Of a stretch of DNA of 64,000 nt, positions 59,168 to 64,000 are shown in pieces. The stretch's first letter is position 1, and each line of letters starts with the position of its first letter. Position numbers and translations under genes: made by a program. The notes under the pieces were generated by a model, which was given only the letters and a program-made list of their open reading frames with translations, was not told the origin of the DNA and made no database searches. Origin of the DNA: Nannocystales bacterium (GTDB lineage Bacteria > Myxococcota_A > Polyangia > Nannocystales > Nannocystaceae); the NCBI GenBank assembly GCA_050633305.1, contig JBOEGF010000016.1, positions 1 through 64,000 on the forward strand, read 5' to 3'.

Positions 59168-61249
59168 GTGGTCGGCTTGTCGCGAGGGGGTGCGCTGTTG
59201 GTGTTGGCTGCGTTTAGTTGCGGGAGGACCCCGGCGCGGACCGAGACTCTCGCGCCAGAGCCAGAGAACCCGCGGACGGTTTCAGCAGCCAAACCGACCA
59301 ACGCAGTCGCCCCGGCCGCCGATAAAGAGCATACCGTCCAGATCGGAGACCACTCGTTTTCTTCCACCGCGAAGAAGGTGACGCTTCGCCTCGCCTACCC
59401 GACGGACTTGACTCCGCTGACTCATCTCACGGAGCTCGAAGACCTTGAACTCATGGGCGACGCGGTGGACATCGCCGAAATTCCGCCGCTGCCCAAGTTG
59501 CGAAAGCTCCGAGTGAGCAGGGCCAAGGAGATTCTCACCCTCAAGCCCCTGGAGGCGCACGCCCAGCTGGCCGAGCTCGAGCTCCAATACGTGGAAGTCC
59601 GGGACATCTCCGCCCTGCGGTCCCTGTCTTCCCTCAAGAAACTCGAACTCACCTCGACCAGCTCCGACATCGCCCCCTTGTCAGACCTCGCCCTGGACGA
59701 ATTACGGCTCGGGCTTCGTCACGTGACCAGCCTGGATGTCCTGTCAACGGCCACGACGCTGCGCTCTGTTCACATCAAGGGCACTGAGGTCTCCGACCTG
59801 AACGCTCTGCGGGGGCTAACGGAGCTCGAGCGCCTGGCCGTGCCGGCATCGGTGACAGACCTGGAGTTTGTGCGGCATCTGCCAAACCTTCGCCACCTCG
59901 ACCTTCGCTTCTGCCGCGCGCCCAACCTCAAGCCTCTCCTGAGCTTGAAGAAGCTCGAGTCCTTGGACCTGGGACGGACGCTTCCTGACCTCGAGATCGT
60001 TGGCCGTCTCAAGAGCCTCCGCGTCCTCAACTTGTGGGGGGCCCAAGTCAAGGACATTGGCCCTTTGGCCAACCTCGAAGGGCTCCGCGAGCTGGATCTC
60101 GCGGAGACTCGCGTTGTGGATCTGTCGCCCCTGGCCTCGCTTGCGAAGCTAGAGGAACTCTCCCTCAAGGACTTGCACCAACTGACGGATGTCAGTGCCC
60201 TGGCGGAGCTCGCGTCCCTGCGCCGTCTCGATCTCACCGGCGCGCGCGAGCTTCGCGATATTCGTCCCTTGGCCAAGCTCACCCAGCTCGAGGAGCTAGA
60301 CCTCGGCTATCTCGTTGATCTGAAAGACATCTCGGCCCTCGCCGGGATGTCCGAGCTGCGGAAGCTCGTGTTCTATCGGAATGAGGTTGCGGACCTCACT
60401 CCGCTCGAGGGCCTCGCATCTCTGGAGGAGCTCCGGCTGACCGGCGTTCCGGCCGAGACTTTGGTGCCGTTGGTGCCTCTGAAGAATCTCAAGCTCCTCT
60501 CCATCTCTGGCGCACCCGTCTCCGACCTGAGTCCTCTCGCCGAGCTTGCCAACCTAGAGAGCTTGGAGTTCGACCGGACCCATGTTGACGACATTGGTCC
60601 GATCGCCAACTTGCATCGGCTTCGGGTTGTTTCGATGAACGGCGACGTCACGGACATTCGGCCCCTCCGCAACCTTACCCTGCTGAGGCATCTCGATCTC
60701 AACAACGCCCCCGTGCGCGACCTGGCTCCTCTCGCCGAGCTCATCAATCTCGAAGAGTTGATCGCCTCCGGGAATCAAGCCGCGAGCCTGGCACCGCTCG
60801 CTGGCATGATCAACTTGCGCATGTTGGACCTCGCCGAGGGAAGGGCGACGGACCTGGCTCCTCTTGCCGGACTCATCCAGTTGAGCGACCTGGATCTTAG
60901 CGGCAATCCCATCGACGACATTGGCCCCCTGGCCACGTTACGCCGGATGAGTACCTTGAACCTGGGAGGTACTCTTGTTTCGGACATCGCCCCGGTCGCC
61001 GACATGAAGCGACTCGAGCAGCTGTGGGTTGGGGCGACCAAGGTGTCGAATCTTCACCCCGTTCGCAATCTGAGGCAGATCCACAGCCTGGGGCTGGGGC
61101 AGACTCCGGTCCGCGATTTGAGCCCGCTGTTCAAGCTACCCAAGCTGGAGCGCCTGTGGTTACCCGACACGCTCTCCGGCAGCAAGGCGGTACGCAGCTT
61201 GCGCAAAGCCAAGCCCAACCTCGACCCGATCTGGGAGGCCGGAGGGTGA
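59168..61249 (+). CDS. Internalin-like leucine-rich repeat lipoprotein
   Basis: LVLAAFS-C; more than 20 repeats of about 22 aa (DLSPLAxLxxLxxLxLxxTxV); start GTG 59168 inferred. Confidence 0.88.
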   Translation: MVGLSRGGALLVLAAFSCGRTPARTETLAPEPENPRTVSAAKPTNAVAPAADKEHTVQIGDHSFSSTAKKVTLRLAYPTDLTPLTHLTELEDLELMGDAVDIAEIPPLPKLRKLRVSRAKEILTLKPLEAHAQLAELELQYVEVRDISALRSLSSLKKLELTSTSSDIAPLSDLALDELRLGLRHVTSLDVLSTATTLRSVHIKGTEVSDLNALRGLTELERLAVPASVTDLEFVRHLPNLRHLDLRFCRAPNLKPLLSLKKLESLDLGRTLPDLEIVGRLKSLRVLNLWGAQVKDIGPLANLEGLRELDLAETRVVDLSPLASLAKLEELSLKDLHQLTDVSALAELASLRRLDLTGARELRDIRPLAKLTQLEELDLGYLVDLKDISALAGMSELRKLVFYRNEVADLTPLEGLASLEELRLTGVPAETLVPLVPLKNLKLLSISGAPVSDLSPLAELANLESLEFDRTHVDDIGPIANLHRLRVVSMNGDVTDIRPLRNLTLLRHLDLNNAPVRDLAPLAELINLEELIASGNQAASLAPLAGMINLRMLDLAEGRATDLAPLAGLIQLSDLDLSGNPIDDIGPLATLRRMSTLNLGGTLVSDIAPVADMKRLEQLWVGATKVSNLHPVRNLRQIHSLGLGQTPVRDLSPLFKLPKLERLWLPDTLSGSKAVRSLRKAKPNLDPIWEAGG

Positions 61250-61512
61250 GCCGCAACGTCTCGAGGTTCCCTTTCCTTGCCCCCGCTCCGCGACTTCGCT
61301 CCGATCTTGGGCTCTACGTTTCGAACCCCCAGAGGAGTTTTCCTTCGAGGCTAGAGTCGTGGACCATGTGTGCGGATCCGTCCGTGGCCCTTCGCTCGAC
61401 GACACCATCCAGCGTCACCCACGGGCGAGACGTGCCTGCTGGGCGAGTGGCCCCGAGGTCCTGACAGCCCTCGAGTTAGCCGTGGACACAGGCCTCGTGT
61501 GCGTGACACCGA

Positions 61513-62268
61513 CTACCTCGGAAGGTGGCCGGTTTTGGCCAGCAGCTCTTCGTGCAGACCCGGCGCGCTTGCGGCGTCGACGAACCATCCGTTGCGCCAA
61601 GGCCATTCCTTCACGGCACCGCGATAGTCTGGGATCGAGCGAGAGTAGGATCTCAGCCGCTCCTTGAGGGCCTCGCGGGCGGCTTCGTCGAGGTCGAGGC
61701 CGAACGCGGGCATGCCCAGGTGCAGGAGTTCGTCGGCGAGCCGACTCAGCAGCGGGTCATGCTGCGCGACGACGTCTCCCACGGGTGCGTCGGTGTGCTC
61801 GCACAACAGGCCAAAGCAGCAGTTCCACACCAGCTTCTCCAACTCGGTCACCGCGAACGCCGTGGCGCCGGGCGTCGATGCGGGGACCTCGATGTTTCCC
61901 AGCCAGTCCGCGACGGCTTCCGCCTGCGGACCCACGAACGGGCTCTCGCCGCCTGGGCTGAGTGATGCGCCGCGGGAGGGCACAGCGAAGAACAGCAAGC
62001 CGCGGGTGCAGTCTTCGAGTCCTCGCTGGGCGAGCCACGGGCGGAGCATCCCGTTTTGGGTGAAGACCAGGCGCTTGTGTGCTGCGCTGGGCACCTTGTC
62101 CAACACGGTGGCGAGGTCGTCGTTGCGAACGGCGACGAAGATCGGCGCGTCGGACCCCTCGATCGCTTCCCACCCGTCGGTGCGGTTCACCAGCGTGTGC
62201 TCCAAGCCGGCGTCCTGAGCCCGTTGTGCAATGGCCCCGCCGACTCGTCCGGCTCCGATGATGATCAT
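61513..62268 (-). CDS. Rossmann-fold protein, ketopantoate-reductase-like
   Basis: IIIGAGRVG, FVAVRNDDL, LVFTQNGM, EKLVWN. Confidence 0.75.
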   Translation of the reverse strand: MIIIGAGRVGGAIAQRAQDAGLEHTLVNRTDGWEAIEGSDAPIFVAVRNDDLATVLDKVPSAAHKRLVFTQNGMLRPWLAQRGLEDCTRGLLFFAVPSRGASLSPGGESPFVGPQAEAVADWLGNIEVPASTPGATAFAVTELEKLVWNCCFGLLCEHTDAPVGDVVAQHDPLLSRLADELLHLGMPAFGLDLDEAAREALKERLRSYSRSIPDYRGAVKEWPWRNGWFVDAASAPGLHEELLAKTGHLPR

Positions 62269-62286
62269 GAGCCAGACATACCAGAC

Positions 62287-63195
62287 TCAGTCGTACCGAT
62301 GGACAACACGGCGGACCTCGTCACAGGGTCGGCACAGCGCGCTGGCCAGCCCCGTATTTCGCCGCGTTCGCCCCGCCACCGCCTTGAAGACCGGCCCGCT
62401 GAGATCCTCGTCGCACTGCAAGCAGGCGTTCAACGATCCGTCAGGCTCGTGGTAGGGGGCGTCGAGAAGGTCGAGACAGACCTGCAGACACATCGTTCGT
62501 GTGTGCGTGGTGTTGTAGCCCCAGACCTGGGCGCATGGCTCGGTGAATCCCAACTCTCGTAGGCACTCGAACTGCGCTTCTTCACCCTCGGACAGACCCA
62601 ACAGGCCGCACGCGCGAACCGGTTCGGTGAGGTCGCCTTGGCGCATGTACACCGCAAGGTCTTGGAGAGGCGAGCAGACCCCGCAAGCGCCGTCGTGTGT
62701 GACCTGAGCGCCCGCCGCTTCTGCGGTCGCGTCGTCGGCAAACGTCTCCAGTGTGTACTCGCTGCCCGCGACCAGGACCGCGCAGACGGAGGATTCATCC
62801 AATGGAAAATCCTCAGGGGTCGCATACGGGTCTGCGCTCAACGGTTCAAACGCGGCGGTCAGCTCCAGGGCCTCCAATGCCTCGACGTCGGCCTCGGTGT
62901 ACTCGGGCGCTTGCCAGCCATCGAGGCATGGGCACGCTGGCCCGCACTGGTCGTCCGAGAGACCTGTGTTGTCGTTGGGTCGGCCATACAGCGCGGTGCA
63001 TTGCTCGCTGCCACTGCTCCCGTCGACCGAGCTCGAGCTCGAGCTCGAACTGGAGCCCGAGCTCGAAACCATGGAAGCGGTGCTTCCAACCGGCGCGGTG
63101 GTCATCTCGGATCCCGTGGATTCTGAAGCGTCCTCGGATGCGGGAGATGAGCTGCACCCCGTCAGGAGGGCGAGGAAGATCGCTGCGCGCTTCAT
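62287..63195 (-). CDS. Cys-rich lipoprotein
   Basis: LALLTG-C; THDGACGVCS, CLQCDEDLSGPVFKAVAGRTRRNTG. Confidence 0.78.
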   Translation of the reverse strand: MKRAAIFLALLTGCSSSPASEDASESTGSEMTTAPVGSTASMVSSSGSSSSSSSSSVDGSSGSEQCTALYGRPNDNTGLSDDQCGPACPCLDGWQAPEYTEADVEALEALELTAAFEPLSADPYATPEDFPLDESSVCAVLVAGSEYTLETFADDATAEAAGAQVTHDGACGVCSPLQDLAVYMRQGDLTEPVRACGLLGLSEGEEAQFECLRELGFTEPCAQVWGYNTTHTRTMCLQVCLDLLDAPYHEPDGSLNACLQCDEDLSGPVFKAVAGRTRRNTGLASALCRPCDEVRRVVHRYD

Positions 63196-63224
63196 GGGCG
63201 AGCGCAGACTACCACCGCGGCTCT

Positions 63225-64000
63225 TCAGGAGCCGAACCGTGCTCCTGCGTCTCGAACCGCTTGGAGGTCGAGCGTGACCGCGATGGTGCCGGCCTCTTCC
63301 CCGGCGTCTGCGAGTACCTCACCCCACGGGCTGACGATCAGCGAGTGCCCCCAGCTGGACCGTCCTCCGCCATGCACGCCACATTGTGCAGGCGCGACCA
63401 CGAACGACTGGGTCTCGATCGCTCGAGCGCGCAGTAGCACCTCCCAGTGGGCTTCGCCGGTGGGTCGGGTGAACGCGCTGGGCACGAGCATCACGTTGGC
63501 GCCACACGCCCGCAGCCGCTGGTAGTGGGCAGGAAACCGGAGGTCGTAGCAGATCGACATCCCCAGCGAGCACGCACCAACTTCGACGACGACATCTTGT
63601 CCGGAGGCACCCGGCGCGGTGTTCCGACTCTCTTCGAGCCGCGTGCCGTCGGGGAGGGTTGCGTCGAAGAGATTCTCCTTGCGGTACTTCGCAACCACAC
63701 GACCATCACGCAGCACGAGCGCTGTGTTGAACGTGCGTCCATCGCAGGAACGCTCCGGGGTACCGCCCAGCACGATCGTTGCCTTGGACACTCGGCTGAT
63801 CTCCAAGAAGGGCGTCACCGTTGCGCCTTGCTCGGGATGGTGTTCGTCGAACGCCCACGGCAGCCGCGTCTGAAGGTCTCCGAATCCGGCGTAGCTCTCG
63901 GGAAGAGCGACGATCTCGGACGACGCTGCGGCGCTTCGGGTCCGTTCGACGGCGTCGCTCAGCGACTTGGGGTCGTAGCCGCCGGCCGAGAGCTGAACGA
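63225..64000 (-). CDS. Carbon-nitrogen hydrolase (Nit1-like amidase), 5' end beyond the window
   Basis: IVALPE, YRKENLFD, SICYDLRFP, VPSAF, HWEVLLRARAIE, GHSLIVSPWG; frame open to the window edge. Confidence 0.92.
   Translation of the reverse strand, partial: VQLSAGGYDPKSLSDAVERTRSAAASSEIVALPESYAGFGDLQTRLPWAFDEHHPEQGATVTPFLEISRVSKATIVLGGTPERSCDGRTFNTALVLRDGRVVAKYRKENLFDATLPDGTRLEESRNTAPGASGQDVVVEVGACSLGMSICYDLRFPAHYQRLRACGANVMLVPSAFTRPTGEAHWEVLLRARAIETQSFVVAPAQCGVHGGGRSSWGHSLIVSPWGEVLADAGEEAGTIAVTLDLQAVRDAGARFGS

Overview
GC-rich, gene-dense chromosomal segment that reads as myxobacterial (Nannocystaceae/Plesiocystis-like; inferred from a MYXO-CTERM protease, five Ser/Thr kinases, four ECF sigma factor genes and about 20 lipoproteins, many with Ser/Thr/Gly-rich linkers). 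About 57 genes; I see no rRNA, tRNA, CRISPR array or intact mobile element. Recognisable genes: acnB, msrB, msrA, an OmpR/histidine kinase pair, M28 aminopeptidase, trypsin-like protease, nitrilase-family amidase, GST-like protein, TetR and ArsR regulators, DUF1501 and DUF1552/DUF1592 modules, and an internalin-like LRR protein. Highlights: (1) a small lipoprotein with four [IV]APMP repeats translationally coupled to a JmjC/cupin dioxygenase, a candidate undescribed RiPP-like or lipoprotein-modification system (51256-52616); (2) msrA has an in-frame UGA at the catalytic GCFW position followed by a SECIS-like hairpin, i.e. a selenoprotein missed by the ORF track (29401-30048); (3) an orphan Tae4-like peptidoglycan amidase plus lipoprotein, a likely toxin/immunity pair (27744-28771); (4) a duplicated 29-bp motif upstream of an ECF sigma gene and its neighbour; (5) an ArsR operon with a visible promoter/operator and a C-terminal CC motif; (6) two frameshifted genes. 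Family assignments come from motif recognition only; no database search was run.
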